64,000 nt of DNA. Origin: Mycobacterium sp. GTDB lineage: Bacteria > Actinomycetota > Actinomycetes > Mycobacteriales > Mycobacteriaceae. Under the pieces are notes generated by a model, which worked only from the letters and a program-made list of their open reading frames with translations, was not told where the DNA came from and did no database searches. The position numbers were made by a program, and so were the translations under genes. Positions within the stretch are counted from its first letter, which is position 1; each line of letters starts with the position of its first letter. Below, in pieces: positions 45,384 to 56,526 of this stretch. The stretch spans positions 22,462 through 86,461 of the forward strand of contig NZ_DASSCY010000201.1 in NCBI RefSeq assembly GCF_035697385.1, written 5' to 3'.

Positions 45384-46622
45384 GTGACCGGAATGAATAC
45401 CGAATTCACAGTGACGCAGAAACGCGCCCTGGCCATCTTCACGGTGATCGCCGTGCTCTTCGGAGCGTATTTCCTGCGCGGCTACTTCATTCTGATCGTG
45501 GTCGCCGCCGTCGCTGCCTATCTGTTCAGCCCGCTGTTCGATCGGCTCAACAAGCGGCTCGGCACCGGCGCCTCGGCCACACTGACTCTGTTGGCGGCGA
45601 TCGCCTGTGTCATCGTGCCTGCCAGTCTGGTGGTGATGCTGGCGGTCGTCCAGATCACCGACATGGTCAAGGGCGTCGCCGACTGGATCGCCAGGACCGA
45701 CATGAGCGCGCTCGGCGACCGGGTGTTGAGCATCGCCAACGAGCTGATCGCCAGGGTGCCGTTCCTGGATATCAAGCTCACCCCCGAGTCGATCCAGCGC
45801 GGGGTGACCACTGTCGCCCAAGATGCCGGCCAGTGGGTGCTCGGCTTGTTGCAAGGCGCGGCAGGAGGCGTCGTCGGCGCGATCACCGCGGCAATCCTGT
45901 TCCTCTACGTGTTCATCTCGCTGCTGACCAACAAGGAACAAGTACAGACCCTGATTCGCCGGCTCAACCCGCTAGGCGAAGAGGTGACCGACCTCTATCT
46001 GGCCAAGATGGGCGCGATGGTGGGCGGCACCGTCAAGGGACAGTTCGTGATCGCCGTCTGTCAGGGTGTCGCGGGGGCGGCGTCGATCTACATCGCCGGC
46101 TTCCACGACGGATTCTTCATGTTCGCAATACTTTTGAGCGCGCTGTCCGTCATTCCGCTGGGCGGAGGCATCCTGAGCATTCCGTTCGGCATCGGAATGA
46201 TTCTGTTCGGCAACGTGATCGGCGGCGTTTTCGTCATCGTCTTCCACATCGTCGTCGTGACGAACATCGACAACTTCTTGCGACCGATCCTGGTGCCGCG
46301 CACCGCACGCCTCGACTCGGCGCTGATGTTGCTGGCGGTGTTCGCCGGGATCGCGATGTTCGGCGCGTGGGGAATTGTCATCGGTCCGGTCATCATGATC
46401 GTCATCGTCACCACGATCAGCGTCTACCTGGCGGTTTACAAAGGGGTGCCGATAGACCAGCCCGATGAAGACGACAAGCGACCTCGACAGAGACGGCTGT
46501 TAGGATGGCTCACTCGCAGGGCCAGGCGAGCGGCGAAGCCGGAAGTGAGCAAGCCGGAACCGGACAAGGCGGACGCGGAAGCAGGCAAGCCGGGCCCGGA
46601 GGTTAACCCAAGCGCTCCGTGA
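45384..46622 (+). CDS. AI-2E family transporter (Rv1101c-like)
   Basis: Many TM helices, NIDNFLRPILV, GIVIGP; TACCGT -10 6 nt before GTG. Confidence 0.9.
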   Translation: MTGMNTEFTVTQKRALAIFTVIAVLFGAYFLRGYFILIVVAAVAAYLFSPLFDRLNKRLGTGASATLTLLAAIACVIVPASLVVMLAVVQITDMVKGVADWIARTDMSALGDRVLSIANELIARVPFLDIKLTPESIQRGVTTVAQDAGQWVLGLLQGAAGGVVGAITAAILFLYVFISLLTNKEQVQTLIRRLNPLGEEVTDLYLAKMGAMVGGTVKGQFVIAVCQGVAGAASIYIAGFHDGFFMFAILLSALSVIPLGGGILSIPFGIGMILFGNVIGGVFVIVFHIVVVTNIDNFLRPILVPRTARLDSALMLLAVFAGIAMFGAWGIVIGPVIMIVIVTTISVYLAVYKGVPIDQPDEDDKRPRQRRLLGWLTRRARRAAKPEVSKPEPDKADAEAGKPGPEVNPSAP

Positions 46623-47430
46623 GGAATTGGACGACGCGCTTGCGCGCCTCGTAGGCCGGGTGTAGTTCGACCTCGCGCACCTCCAAGGTCAGCACCGAGT
46701 GAGCCATCTTGCCGAAGCCGTGCTCATTGCCCTTCTTGGAGCTGATCTCGATCACCTCGAACGCGTCGCCGAGTCGCGCCTTGAGAGTCTTGAAGCGTGC
46801 GCCCGGCGCCAGGGGGTCTTCGCTGAACCGCAGGCCCAGCGCGCATAGACCATCGTTCTCGGCTCGCTGTTCGACGATCTTCAATTCGGCTTCGGACAAA
46901 CCGGGATCGCTGCGCTGCTTCGCTGTTAATCCCAGCGGCAGTGACGGTTGGCTCAGTACCGGGGCGAGCACGCTGTCATCGACCGCGGCCGCCAGTGCGA
47001 AGCCGCCGCTCCAGCACTGGCCGATCACACCGACTCCCTTGCCCGGGGTCTTCTCGTTCAGATCGCGGGCCAGCGCACGCAGGTAGTGCGCCACCGGCCG
47101 GTCCGCGTTGGTGGCAAATGCGGCGAATTCCTTTGCCACACAACCACGCAGCATCACCGGCACCGCGCCCGGCCTGACGCCCCGTGCGCCCGGCGTGCCG
47201 TACAGCGAAGGACAAGCCACCGTGAATCCGTTGTCCACCAAGTAATTACCCAGCCCCAGCACGCCGGGGTGGATGCCAGGCATCTCGGGGATCAACACGA
47301 CACCTGGGCCTTCGCCCTTGCGGTACACGTCGTAGGTGAAGCCGGCCGCGGTGAACGGCTCGGCGGTCCATCCGGTCAGGTCGGCTTCCGGAGCCGCCTC
47401 GGCGGCGCCATCAGATTTGCGCGAAGTCAT
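46603..47430 (-). CDS. Dienelactone hydrolase family protein
   Basis: PEMPG, GVGVIGQCWSGGFAL, HSVL. Confidence 0.85.
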   Translation of the reverse strand: MTSRKSDGAAEAAPEADLTGWTAEPFTAAGFTYDVYRKGEGPGVVLIPEMPGIHPGVLGLGNYLVDNGFTVACPSLYGTPGARGVRPGAVPVMLRGCVAKEFAAFATNADRPVAHYLRALARDLNEKTPGKGVGVIGQCWSGGFALAAAVDDSVLAPVLSQPSLPLGLTAKQRSDPGLSEAELKIVEQRAENDGLCALGLRFSEDPLAPGARFKTLKARLGDAFEVIEISSKKGNEHGFGKMAHSVLTLEVREVELHPAYEARKRVVQFLTERLG

Positions 47431-47438
47431 GGTGTCTC

Positions 47439-48074
47439 CTATTTGGCGGACAGCGGCGACTGGCCCTGCGTCGCCGCCGCCAGCGTACGGTACTCGTTGG
47501 TACCGGCACTACCCGTGATGGCGATCTGCGCTGGGCCGCCTGCGCCGTTGAGCCGAGTCGTCCACACCGGCTCCGCGTCCTCGCCACCTTCGTAGACCAC
47601 CCACTTGACGCCATCCACGTCGACGGTGCCGGTCGGAAACACATCGGCGTTGATAGAGCCGATCAACTTGTCTTCGTCGGCATTGCTCTGGGTGAGGCTC
47701 ACGTACATCCCGCTGGGGGCCAGGTATCCGACCGTCGAGCTGACCGCGCGGACCAGCTGGCCCGAGGCCGGATCGGTGCGGCCGCTGTCGATGCCCTTGC
47801 GACTTCCGGAATTGGATTGCCAGCCGGCCGGCAACTTCGGCAGCCGGATGGGAATCTTCAGCGCATCGGCGTCGGCCTGCAGGGCGGCCGGAGCGTCGTA
47901 TTCAGGTACCGGCCCCGGACGCGGCCCGCTGGCCTGAAACGAGCACATGCCCAGCACCCCGGCCAGCACGATGCAGGCAAGCACCAGCGGAGCCATCGAC
48001 CAGAACATGTCCCGGCCGTCCTGCAGCAGCCGCGGCTTTGCCTGCTTCGGCGTGGGTAGCGGCTGTTCCGTCAT
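47439..48074 (-). CDS. DUF4245 protein (Rv1100-like)
   Basis: [24 protein letters not shown]; synteny with glpX. Confidence 0.85.
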   Translation of the reverse strand: MTEQPLPTPKQAKPRLLQDGRDMFWSMAPLVLACIVLAGVLGMCSFQASGPRPGPVPEYDAPAALQADADALKIPIRLPKLPAGWQSNSGSRKGIDSGRTDPASGQLVRAVSSTVGYLAPSGMYVSLTQSNADEDKLIGSINADVFPTGTVDVDGVKWVVYEGGEDAEPVWTTRLNGAGGPAQIAITGSAGTNEYRTLAAATQGQSPLSAK

Positions 48075-48128
48075 AGGAGCCAGTATCCCAGCTCACAAAC
48101 GACGATCCGCTTCTGGGACAATCTGCGC

Positions 48129-49157
48129 ATGAGCCCCACGCGTGGTGAAGCCCCCGACCGCAACCTCGCCCTTGAACTGGTGCGCGTCACCGAAGCCGGG
48201 GCGATGGCGGCGGGCCGCTGGGTAGGCCGCGGCGACAAGGAAGGCGGCGACGGCGCGGCGGTCGACGCCATGCGTGAGCTGGTGAACTCGGTGTCGATGC
48301 GCGGCGTCGTGGTGATCGGCGAGGGCGAGAAGGACAACGCGCCAATGCTCTACAACGGCGAACACGTCGGCAACGGCGACGGGCCGGAATGCGACTTCGC
48401 CGTCGACCCGATCGACGGCACCACGCTGATGGCCAAGGGCCTGCCCAACGCGATTTCCGTGCTGGCGGTTGCCGAACGCGGCGCGATGTTCGACCCGTCG
48501 GCGGTGTTCTACATGAACAAGATCGCCGTCGGGCCCGACGCGGTCGATGCCATCGACATCACCGCGCCGATCGGCGAGAACGTCCGCCAGGTCGCCAAGG
48601 CCAAGAAGCTGTCGGTGTCCGACATGACGGTGTGCATTCTCGACCGGCCGCGCCACGAGAAGCTCATCGCCGAAGTCCGCGATGCCGGCGCCCGGATCCG
48701 GCTCATCACCGACGGCGACGTGGCGGGCGCCATCTCGGCCTGCCGGCCCAACTCGGGCACCGATCTGCTGGCCGGCATCGGTGGCACACCCGAAGGCATC
48801 ATCACCGCGGCCGCGATCCGCTGCATGGGCGGTGCGATCCACGGTCAGCTCGCCCCCAAGGACGACGACGAGCGCCAGAAGGCCATCGACGCCGGATATG
48901 ACCTGGACCAGATCCTCACCACCGAGGACCTCGTGTCGGGGGAGAACGTCTTCTTCTGCGCGACCGGCGTCACCGACGGTGACCTGCTCAAAGGCGTGCA
49001 GTACTTCAGTGGTGGCTGCACCACCCAGTCGATCGTGATGCGCTCGAAGTCGGGCACCGTCCGGATGATCGAGGCGTACCACCGGCTTTCGAAGCTCAAC
49101 GAGTATTCCGCGATCGATTTCACCGGCGATAGCAACGCCGGCTATCCGCTGCCGTAA
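48129..49157 (+). CDS. glpX: Class II fructose-1,6-bisphosphatase
   Basis: [44 protein letters not shown]. Confidence 0.98.
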   Translation: MSPTRGEAPDRNLALELVRVTEAGAMAAGRWVGRGDKEGGDGAAVDAMRELVNSVSMRGVVVIGEGEKDNAPMLYNGEHVGNGDGPECDFAVDPIDGTTLMAKGLPNAISVLAVAERGAMFDPSAVFYMNKIAVGPDAVDAIDITAPIGENVRQVAKAKKLSVSDMTVCILDRPRHEKLIAEVRDAGARIRLITDGDVAGAISACRPNSGTDLLAGIGGTPEGIITAAAIRCMGGAIHGQLAPKDDDERQKAIDAGYDLDQILTTEDLVSGENVFFCATGVTDGDLLKGVQYFSGGCTTQSIVMRSKSGTVRMIEAYHRLSKLNEYSAIDFTGDSNAGYPLP

Positions 49158-49179
49158 CAACAACTAGCGAGGGATATAC

Positions 49180-50604
49180 GTGAGCGTCGACTCAGTCACT
49201 CCACAGGACGTCGAGTACCGCATCGAGCACGACACCATGGGCGAAGTCCGGGTGCCGATCACGGCGCTGTGGCGCGCCCAGACGCAGCGGGCGGTGGAGA
49301 ACTTCCCGATCTCAGGCCGCGGGCTGGAGCGCACCCAGATCCGGGCGCTCGGCCTGCTGAAGGGCGCCTGCGCACAGGTGAACAAGGACCTCGGCCTGCT
49401 GGCGCCGGAGAAGGCCGACGCGATCATCGCCGCGGCAGGCGAGATCGCCGACGGCCTACACGACGACCAGTTCCCCATCGACGTGTTCCAGACCGGCTCG
49501 GGCACCAGCTCCAATATGAACACCAACGAGGTGATTGCCGGCATCGCCGCGCAGAACGGCGTAACCGTGCATCCCAACGACGACGTGAACATGTCGCAGT
49601 CGTCCAACGACACGTTCCCGACCGCGACGCACATCGCGGCCACGGAAGCCGCTGTGCGGCACCTGATTCCGGCACTGGAAGTGTTGCACGAAGCCCTGGA
49701 CTCGAAGGCCCACCAGTGGCGCACCGTCGTCAAATCCGGACGCACGCACCTGATGGACGCCGTGCCGGTGACCCTTGGCCAGGAATTCTCCGGCTATGCC
49801 CGCCAGATCGAGGCCGGCATAGAAAGAGTGCGCGCGTGTCTTCCCAGGCTGGGCGAACTGGCCATCGGCGGCACTGCCGTCGGCACCGGGCTCAATGCCC
49901 CTGACGGGTTCGGCACCAAGGTCGTCGAGGTGCTGGTGGACCAGACCGGGGTGGCCGAATTGCGCACGGCCGCCAACTCTTTCGAGGCACAGGCGGCGCG
50001 CGACGGCCTCGTCGAGGCGTCCGGCGCGCTGCGCACGATCGCGGTGTCGCTGACCAAGATCGCCAACGACATTCGCTGGATGGGCTCAGGTCCGCTGACC
50101 GGCCTTGGTGAGATTTTGTTGCCGGATCTGCAGCCGGGCAGCTCGATCATGCCCGGCAAGGTCAATCCGGTTATCCCCGAGGCGGTTACGCAGGTGGCCG
50201 CGCAGGTTGTCGGTAACGACGCAGCGATCGCATGGGGCGGTGCGGCCGGCGCGTTCGAGCTCAACGTCTACATCCCGATGATGGCCCGCAACCTGCTCGA
50301 GTCGTTCAAGATCTTGACCAACGCCTCCAAGCTGTTCGCCGAGCGGTGCATCGATGGGCTGATCGCCAACGAAGAGCGTCTTCGCCAGCTGGCCGAATCG
50401 TCGCCGTCGATCGTGACCCCGCTGAACTCCGCGATCGGCTACGAGGAGGCTGCGGCGGTGGCCAAGGAGGCGCTCAAGGAGCGCAAGACCATTCGCCAGA
50501 CCGTCATCGACAGGGGCCTGATCGGCGACAAATTGTCGCTCGAGGAGCTCGATAAGCGCCTGGACGTGCTGGCAATGGCCAAGGTCAAGGACGGCGAGCG
50601 GTAA
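49180..50604 (+). CDS. fumC: Class II fumarate hydratase
   Basis: [30 protein letters not shown]. Confidence 0.98.
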   Translation: MSVDSVTPQDVEYRIEHDTMGEVRVPITALWRAQTQRAVENFPISGRGLERTQIRALGLLKGACAQVNKDLGLLAPEKADAIIAAAGEIADGLHDDQFPIDVFQTGSGTSSNMNTNEVIAGIAAQNGVTVHPNDDVNMSQSSNDTFPTATHIAATEAAVRHLIPALEVLHEALDSKAHQWRTVVKSGRTHLMDAVPVTLGQEFSGYARQIEAGIERVRACLPRLGELAIGGTAVGTGLNAPDGFGTKVVEVLVDQTGVAELRTAANSFEAQAARDGLVEASGALRTIAVSLTKIANDIRWMGSGPLTGLGEILLPDLQPGSSIMPGKVNPVIPEAVTQVAAQVVGNDAAIAWGGAAGAFELNVYIPMMARNLLESFKILTNASKLFAERCIDGLIANEERLRQLAESSPSIVTPLNSAIGYEEAAAVAKEALKERKTIRQTVIDRGLIGDKLSLEELDKRLDVLAMAKVKDGER

Positions 50605-50635
50605 CAAACGTCTGAAACCAACACAGGCGGGGAGT

Positions 50636-50655
50636 TAGCTGAGATTCTTCAGCTA
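50636..50655. promoter_or_regulatory. Inverted repeat TAGCTGA-N6-TCAGCTA abutting the start of the first LAL gene
   Basis: Perfect 7-bp arms; the last A is the A of ATG 50655. Confidence 0.45.
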
Positions 50656-53438
50656 TGGCCGGGGACCTGTTGACCCGCCCCGCTGAGGCGGCGGTGGTAA
50701 GCGAGTTCCTGGATTCCGCGTCCATCGCGCCGTCGGCGTTGCTGATCGATGGTGAGCCAGGCATCGGAAAGACCACGCTGTGGTCGGCCACTCAGGTGCG
50801 GGCACGCGAACGCGGATTCCGGGTGTTGTCGGCCAGGGCGGCCGCTGGTGAGCCCGTTTCGGCGTACACCTCGCTCGCCGACCTGCTCAGTGGGCTGGAT
50901 CCGCACATGTGGGCCGACTTGCCGCATCCGCAGCGCATCGCGATGGACCGCGTTCTGTCACGAGACCAAGCTGGCGGCGCGGCCACCGACCAGCGCGCCG
51001 TGGCGGCGGCGTTCCTCTCGATCCTCGACCTGCTCACCGATGACGGACCGCTGCTGCTCGGGATCGACGACCTGCAGTGGCTTGATCCGTCGAGCCTGCA
51101 CGTCATGGCATTCGCCGCGCGGCGGCTCGCCGGTCCTGTCGGCGTTCTCGGCGCGTTACGCTCCCAGCTCGAGGACCCCACCGCCGCGGAGTGGCTACAG
51201 CTGCCCAGACCAGACGCGATCAGCCGAATACAGCTGCGCCCGTTGAGTATTGGCGCTCTGCACACGGTTCTTTGCGAAACGCTTGGCCGATCTTTGCCGC
51301 GCCCGGCCATTTCCCGCATCCATGCGACGTCTGGCGGGAATCCGTTCTACGCGATCGAGTTGGCCCGTGCGCTCGACCATCAAGCATCCAGCGTCGAGCC
51401 GACACTACCGGGCAGCCTTGCCGAGCTGGTTCGAGCCAGGATCGGCAGGTTGGGCCCCGACGTTCACGACGCGCTGCTCGCCGCGTCCTGCCTGGCCACC
51501 CCAACGGTCGAGCTTGTCGCGGACGCCACCATGACCGGCGTCGACCGCGTGATCGCCCTGCTCGAAGAGGCCGAGGCCAAGGGGATCATCGCGATAGCGG
51601 GCAACCGCGTGCGCTTCGCGCATCCGCTGCTGGCCAGTGGCGTCTACACCGATGCATCTGAGGAACAGCGCCGCACCATGCATCGTCGTCTCGCGACCAT
51701 CGTCGGCGAGCCGGAGTTACGCGCCCGGCATCTGGCGTTGGCGTCGACCCGTGGTGACGCGGTCACGCTGGCGGCGCTGGACGAGGCCGCGGAGTTGGCG
51801 CACCAACGCGGTGCGCCGGCAGCTGCGGCCGAACTACTCGAATTGGCGATCGGCCTCGGCGGCAACACCACGCAGCGCCGGATCCGTTTGGCGACACACT
51901 ATTTCGATGCCGCGGATCCGGACCGGGCGGGTTCGCTGCTGGAAGAGACCATCGTACGAACGGGCCCTGGCGTGGTTCGCGCACAAGCCCTGAGCACGCT
52001 GGCGCACGTACGTCTGCACGACGACGGCCACCGCGAGGCGGCACGCCTGTTGCAGGAGGCACTCGCAGAGCAGGGCGTCGATCTCGCGTTGCGAATTCGC
52101 ATGCTGACCACATTGGCCTACGCCCATTTCAACACCGGAGAGACCGATGTCGCCATGCAAGCGGCCGAAGAAGCCGTGGTGGACGCCGATCGGCTCGGCA
52201 ATCCCGGCCTGATCAGTCAGGCGCGCGCGGTGCGGGTCATGCTGGGGTTCCTGCGTGGAGACGGAGTCGACGAGGCGAGCTTGCAATTGGCACTCGAGCT
52301 GGATGATCCGACGCTGTCCGCACCGATAGCACTGCGTCCCACCATGATCAACGCGCTGCTCCTCGACTGGACCGGACAACTCGGGCTTGCCTACTCGGAA
52401 ATGCGTGCGATCCAGCGGCGCTGCATCGACGTTGGCGAAGAAGGCGAACTCGTGTTGATCGCTTTCTATGTTGGCCTGAACACGATCTGGCGCGGCGATT
52501 TCGCGGACGCCCACCTGGTGGCCGAGGACGCCATGGAGCGGGCGCGCCAACTCGGCGGCGACTTTCCACTGTTCACAGCGCTGGTATTGCGCGCATGGCT
52601 GGCGACGTTCGCCGGCCGTGAGGACGAGGCCAGGCAAGCCATCGCCGAGGCGCTCGCGGCGAGCGAGCGCAGCGGCTCGCGGCGGCTGGCCGAATGGGTG
52701 ACGACGGGTCTGGGCTTTCTCGAAGTCTCCCTTGGCAATTGGGAGGCGGCACTGGAAGCCCTGCAACCGTTGCTGGCTATGCACCGGACGATGCCGGATT
52801 CCACCGAGATCGTCGCCGCGTCGTTCATACCCGATGCGGTCCAGGCACTGGTCGAGTTGGGCCGGGTGGACGAGGCCGAACAGCTTGCCGATGCCCTTGA
52901 CCGAAACGGACAACGACTCGGGCGGGCCTGGATGCTGGCAGTGGGTGCCCGCTGCCAGGCCATGGTGCTGGCGGCCCGCGGCGACTTGGCGACGGCCGCC
53001 GCCGCCGCACAACGATCCCTCACCGAACACGACCGGCTACCAATGCCGTTCGAGCGGGCGCGAACTCAGCTGCTACTCGGCCAGTTGGCGCGTCGCCAGC
53101 GAAACAAAGATGCCGCAATCGCCGCGCTGCGCGGCGCGCTCACGGTCTTTGACGAACTGGACACTCCGCTGTGGGCCGAGCGTTCACGTGCTGAGCTGGC
53201 GCGCGTCGACGTCGCACTGCAGACGTCGGGCGAGCTGACAGCGGCCGAGCAGCGGGTGGCTGAACTCGCGGCGTCGGGCATGACAAACCGCGATGTGGCA
53301 GGTGCGTTGTTCATCAGCCCGAAGACCGTCGAGGCAACACTTGCGCGCGCCTACCGCAAACTGGGCATCCGGTCCAGGGCTGAACTTGGACGGATCATCC
53401 AGCCAAATGACCAAAAAAGTAGTCAGCTGCGGCGTTAG
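50655..53438 (+). CDS. Large ATP-binding LuxR (LAL / MalT-like) regulator, copy 1
   Basis: GEPGIGKT, IDDLQWLD, GGNPFYA, C-terminal LuxR HTH ISPKTVE..L.R.YRKLG. Confidence 0.93.
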   Translation: MAGDLLTRPAEAAVVSEFLDSASIAPSALLIDGEPGIGKTTLWSATQVRARERGFRVLSARAAAGEPVSAYTSLADLLSGLDPHMWADLPHPQRIAMDRVLSRDQAGGAATDQRAVAAAFLSILDLLTDDGPLLLGIDDLQWLDPSSLHVMAFAARRLAGPVGVLGALRSQLEDPTAAEWLQLPRPDAISRIQLRPLSIGALHTVLCETLGRSLPRPAISRIHATSGGNPFYAIELARALDHQASSVEPTLPGSLAELVRARIGRLGPDVHDALLAASCLATPTVELVADATMTGVDRVIALLEEAEAKGIIAIAGNRVRFAHPLLASGVYTDASEEQRRTMHRRLATIVGEPELRARHLALASTRGDAVTLAALDEAAELAHQRGAPAAAAELLELAIGLGGNTTQRRIRLATHYFDAADPDRAGSLLEETIVRTGPGVVRAQALSTLAHVRLHDDGHREAARLLQEALAEQGVDLALRIRMLTTLAYAHFNTGETDVAMQAAEEAVVDADRLGNPGLISQARAVRVMLGFLRGDGVDEASLQLALELDDPTLSAPIALRPTMINALLLDWTGQLGLAYSEMRAIQRRCIDVGEEGELVLIAFYVGLNTIWRGDFADAHLVAEDAMERARQLGGDFPLFTALVLRAWLATFAGREDEARQAIAEALAASERSGSRRLAEWVTTGLGFLEVSLGNWEAALEALQPLLAMHRTMPDSTEIVAASFIPDAVQALVELGRVDEAEQLADALDRNGQRLGRAWMLAVGARCQAMVLAARGDLATAAAAAQRSLTEHDRLPMPFERARTQLLLGQLARRQRNKDAAIAALRGALTVFDELDTPLWAERSRAELARVDVALQTSGELTAAEQRVAELAASGMTNRDVAGALFISPKTVEATLARAYRKLGIRSRAELGRIIQPNDQKSSQLRR

Positions 53439-53472
53439 CTGGAATTGTGGTGGACATGCCGTGGGGGATGGC

Positions 53473-56223
53473 ATGACGAGCCGTCCGGAAGCGATCCGGA
53501 CGACAAGTCGCTTCTTGGCTTCGGCATCGGCTGAGCCCTCGGCGTTGCTCATCGAGGGCGAACCCGGGATCGGTAAGACCACACTCTGGTTAGCTGCGGT
53601 GGAGCAAGCGCGAGAGCGGGGGTTCCGCGTACTGGCCGCACGGGCCGCAGCCGCCGAATCCGTGCTCGCCTACACGGTGCTCGCCGACCTGTTCGATGAC
53701 GTCGACGCCGCGTTGTGGCCCGACTTGCCCGAGCCCCAGCGTGTCGCGGTAGATCAGGTGTTGCTGCGGGCTGACCACGGCACACCAACGGACCAGCGTG
53801 CGGTGGCGGCGGCGTTCTTGTCGGTCGTCGAGAGCCTGTCGGACAGCGGGCCGGTCATGCTGGCAATCGACGACGTGCAGTGGTTGGACGCGTCGACGAC
53901 GCACGTCGTCGCATTCGCCACACGACGGCTTTGCGGGCCGGTCGGCGTTCTTGGCAGCGTGCGCACGCAAAACGGCGGTGGTTCCAGCGCGACGTGGCTG
54001 CAGATGCCACGGCCGGACGCGCTCAACCGACTTCGATTGCACCCCATGGGTATTCAAGATCTGCACGCCGCGGTGTCGGCCCGGCTGCATAGATCGTTCT
54101 CCCGTCCGACGATCAGCCGCATCCACGAGGTCTCCGGCGGAAACCCGTTCTATGCCATCGAATTGGCACGCACAATCGATGAGCGGGTGCCAGGCTTCGA
54201 GACGACGCTGCCACCCACGCTCGCCGAACTGGTGCGGGCGCGGATCGGCAAGCTCGATCCCGACGTCGGGGAGGCGGTGCTCGCCGCGTCATGTATGTCG
54301 ACGCCGACGGTCGAGCTGGTCTCGAAGGCGACGATCAGCGACGACGATCGGGTGGTCGAACTGCTCGAGCTTGCCGAGAGCAAGGGAATCATTTCGATCG
54401 ACGGCAACCGCATTCGCTTCGCGCATCCGTTACTGGCCAAGGGCGTGTACACCGAGGCAACGCCGGCAGAGCGGCGCGCGATGCACCGGCGACTCGCCGA
54501 TATCGTCGATGAGCCCGAACTGCGCGCCCGGCACCTGGCGCTGGCTGCGACCAGGGGTGATGACCTGACATTGCGCGCACTCGACAAAGCAGCAGAGTCG
54601 GCGCGCCTGCGGGGTGCCCCCGTCGCGGCTGCTGAGCTGGCGGACCTGGCGATCGGGCTCGGCGGCGATACCGCCCGTCGCCGACTGCAGTCGGCGACGC
54701 ATCATTTCGACGCCGGCAACCGGGCGCGCGCGGAGGCCATGCTGGAATCCGCAATCGGGGAACTGCCGCCCGGCGACCTCCGCGCCGAAGCTCTGTCCCG
54801 GTTGGCGGTGGTGCGTCTCTACGACGCGGGCTTCTTCGAAGTGGTCCGCCTGCTCGAACGGGCGCTGGCCGAAGTCGAGGACAACGAACCGCTGCGCGTC
54901 GCCATGCTGATTATGTTGGCGTACGCCCAGATTCACGCCAACCAGGCAACGGCCAGCCTGCAGAACGCGCAGCTCGCGGTCACCGGCGCCGAGTCCCTCG
55001 GCCTGCCGCACCTGCTGAGCGTTGCACTGGGGATGCTGGTCACCGTCCGGTTCATGCGCGGACACGGCATCGATGAGCCAAGCCTTCGGCGGGCGCTCGA
55101 ACTGGAGGATCCGACGGTCGCATTCACACCTCTGGTGTTTCGGCCAACCGTTCAGCATGCGCTGCTACTGGATTGGTCGGGCCAGCTCGCACAAGCGCAT
55201 GTCCAGTTACAGCGCATCCGGCGCCGCTGCGTGGAAAAAGGCGAGGAGGGCGAAAACGTCTTCATCGCGTTCCAGATCGGGGTCAACGCGATGCGCAGGT
55301 GTGATTTCGTCGAGGCCGACCTGGTCGCCGAGGAAGCCATGGAGCAGGCGCGTCAACTCGGCGGCGACACCGCACTGTTTCTGGCCACCAGCCTTCGCGC
55401 GCAGTTGGCGCCGTACGCCGGCCGCGAATCCGACGCCAGGCGTGCCATCGACGAGGCCATGGAGATCAGCAGGCGCACCGGCTCATTTCGGTTGGCGGAG
55501 CGCGTGGTTGGCGCATTGGGCTTCTTGGAACTGTCGCTGGGCCGCTACGAGGCGAGCTTCGCGGCGCTGCAACCGCTGGTGTCGAGGTTCGACCCGGCGT
55601 CGAGTCCCACCGAGCTGCCGAACGCGGGATTCCTGCCCGACGCGATCGAGGCGCTGATTGCCCTTGGCCGGCTCTCCGAGGCGGAGCCGCTCATCGACGC
55701 GCTCGAACGCAACGGTCGCAGGCTTGACCGACCCTGGATGCTGGCGGTCGGCGCACGCGGGCGGGCCATGATGTTGGCCGCGCTCGGTGATCTTGACGCA
55801 GGCAGCAAGGCGGCGAAGCGGGCGATGGCCGAGCACGACCGGCTTGCCATGCCGTTCGAGCGGGCGCGCACCCAGCTGCTGCTGGGTCAGCTTCAGCGTC
55901 GGCTACGCAGGAAGGACCCCGCGTCGGCGAGCCTGCAGGAAGCCTTCGGCGTCTTCAACAAGCTGCGCATCCCGCTGTGGGCCGATCGCGCGCGCGCCGA
56001 ACTCGCCCGCGCGAAAGTCGGCCCGCACCCAAACGGGGAGCTCACCCCGTCAGAACTGCGGGTCGCGGAGCTGGCGGCGTCGGGCATGAAGAACCGAGAT
56101 GTGGCGACGGCCCTGTTCATCAGCCCGAAGACGGTCGAGGCGAACCTCGCCCGCGTCTACCGAAAGCTCGGCATCAAGTCGCGGGCCGAGCTCGGCAGGC
56201 GCATGCGCACACCGAACGAATAG
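53473..56223 (+). CDS. Large ATP-binding LuxR (LAL / MalT-like) regulator, copy 2
   Basis: Same motifs and colinear with copy 1; start 53473 or GTG 53461. Confidence 0.93.
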   Translation: MTSRPEAIRTTSRFLASASAEPSALLIEGEPGIGKTTLWLAAVEQARERGFRVLAARAAAAESVLAYTVLADLFDDVDAALWPDLPEPQRVAVDQVLLRADHGTPTDQRAVAAAFLSVVESLSDSGPVMLAIDDVQWLDASTTHVVAFATRRLCGPVGVLGSVRTQNGGGSSATWLQMPRPDALNRLRLHPMGIQDLHAAVSARLHRSFSRPTISRIHEVSGGNPFYAIELARTIDERVPGFETTLPPTLAELVRARIGKLDPDVGEAVLAASCMSTPTVELVSKATISDDDRVVELLELAESKGIISIDGNRIRFAHPLLAKGVYTEATPAERRAMHRRLADIVDEPELRARHLALAATRGDDLTLRALDKAAESARLRGAPVAAAELADLAIGLGGDTARRRLQSATHHFDAGNRARAEAMLESAIGELPPGDLRAEALSRLAVVRLYDAGFFEVVRLLERALAEVEDNEPLRVAMLIMLAYAQIHANQATASLQNAQLAVTGAESLGLPHLLSVALGMLVTVRFMRGHGIDEPSLRRALELEDPTVAFTPLVFRPTVQHALLLDWSGQLAQAHVQLQRIRRRCVEKGEEGENVFIAFQIGVNAMRRCDFVEADLVAEEAMEQARQLGGDTALFLATSLRAQLAPYAGRESDARRAIDEAMEISRRTGSFRLAERVVGALGFLELSLGRYEASFAALQPLVSRFDPASSPTELPNAGFLPDAIEALIALGRLSEAEPLIDALERNGRRLDRPWMLAVGARGRAMMLAALGDLDAGSKAAKRAMAEHDRLAMPFERARTQLLLGQLQRRLRRKDPASASLQEAFGVFNKLRIPLWADRARAELARAKVGPHPNGELTPSELRVAELAASGMKNRDVATALFISPKTVEANLARVYRKLGIKSRAELGRRMRTPNE

Positions 56224-56237
56224 GGAAACACCCTATT
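56219..56237. promoter_or_regulatory. Inverted repeat AATAGGG-AAACA-CCCTATT, candidate LuxR-type activator box
   Basis: Overlaps the LAL2 stop; centre lies about 43 nt upstream of the start site predicted from TAGCGT (56259-56264). Confidence 0.6.
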
Positions 56238-56277
56238 TCTCAACGCTCTTCTGCGAATTAGCGTGCAATGCGCCCCC

Positions 56278-56526
56278 ATGAACAAGCCATCTGCAGGAGG
56301 ACCGGTGCCCGCAAATCACAACCCCGTGGCCGTCCAGAGCACTGGTGCTCTGGTCACGACGGCGACCAGCCAGCCCGCTCTGCGCACCGGCTTCGCCGCG
56401 CTGGGTCTGGTGTCGCTGCTCGACCTGTCCACGGCCGACCGCGAGCGCGGCGCCGATCGGATGCTGGCGGTGGGTGGCGCGGCGGCCGCGGGCTGGTTCC
56501 TGGTGCGGGGCCACCGTCGCCGTTAG
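56278..56526 (+). CDS. Small hypothetical membrane protein (about 82 aa)
   Basis: Two hydrophobic stretches and a basic tail (GWFLVRGHRRR); -10 box upstream; stop overlaps the convergent Rv1096 stop. Confidence 0.5.
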   Translation: MNKPSAGGPVPANHNPVAVQSTGALVTTATSQPALRTGFAALGLVSLLDLSTADRERGADRMLAVGGAAAAGWFLVRGHRRR

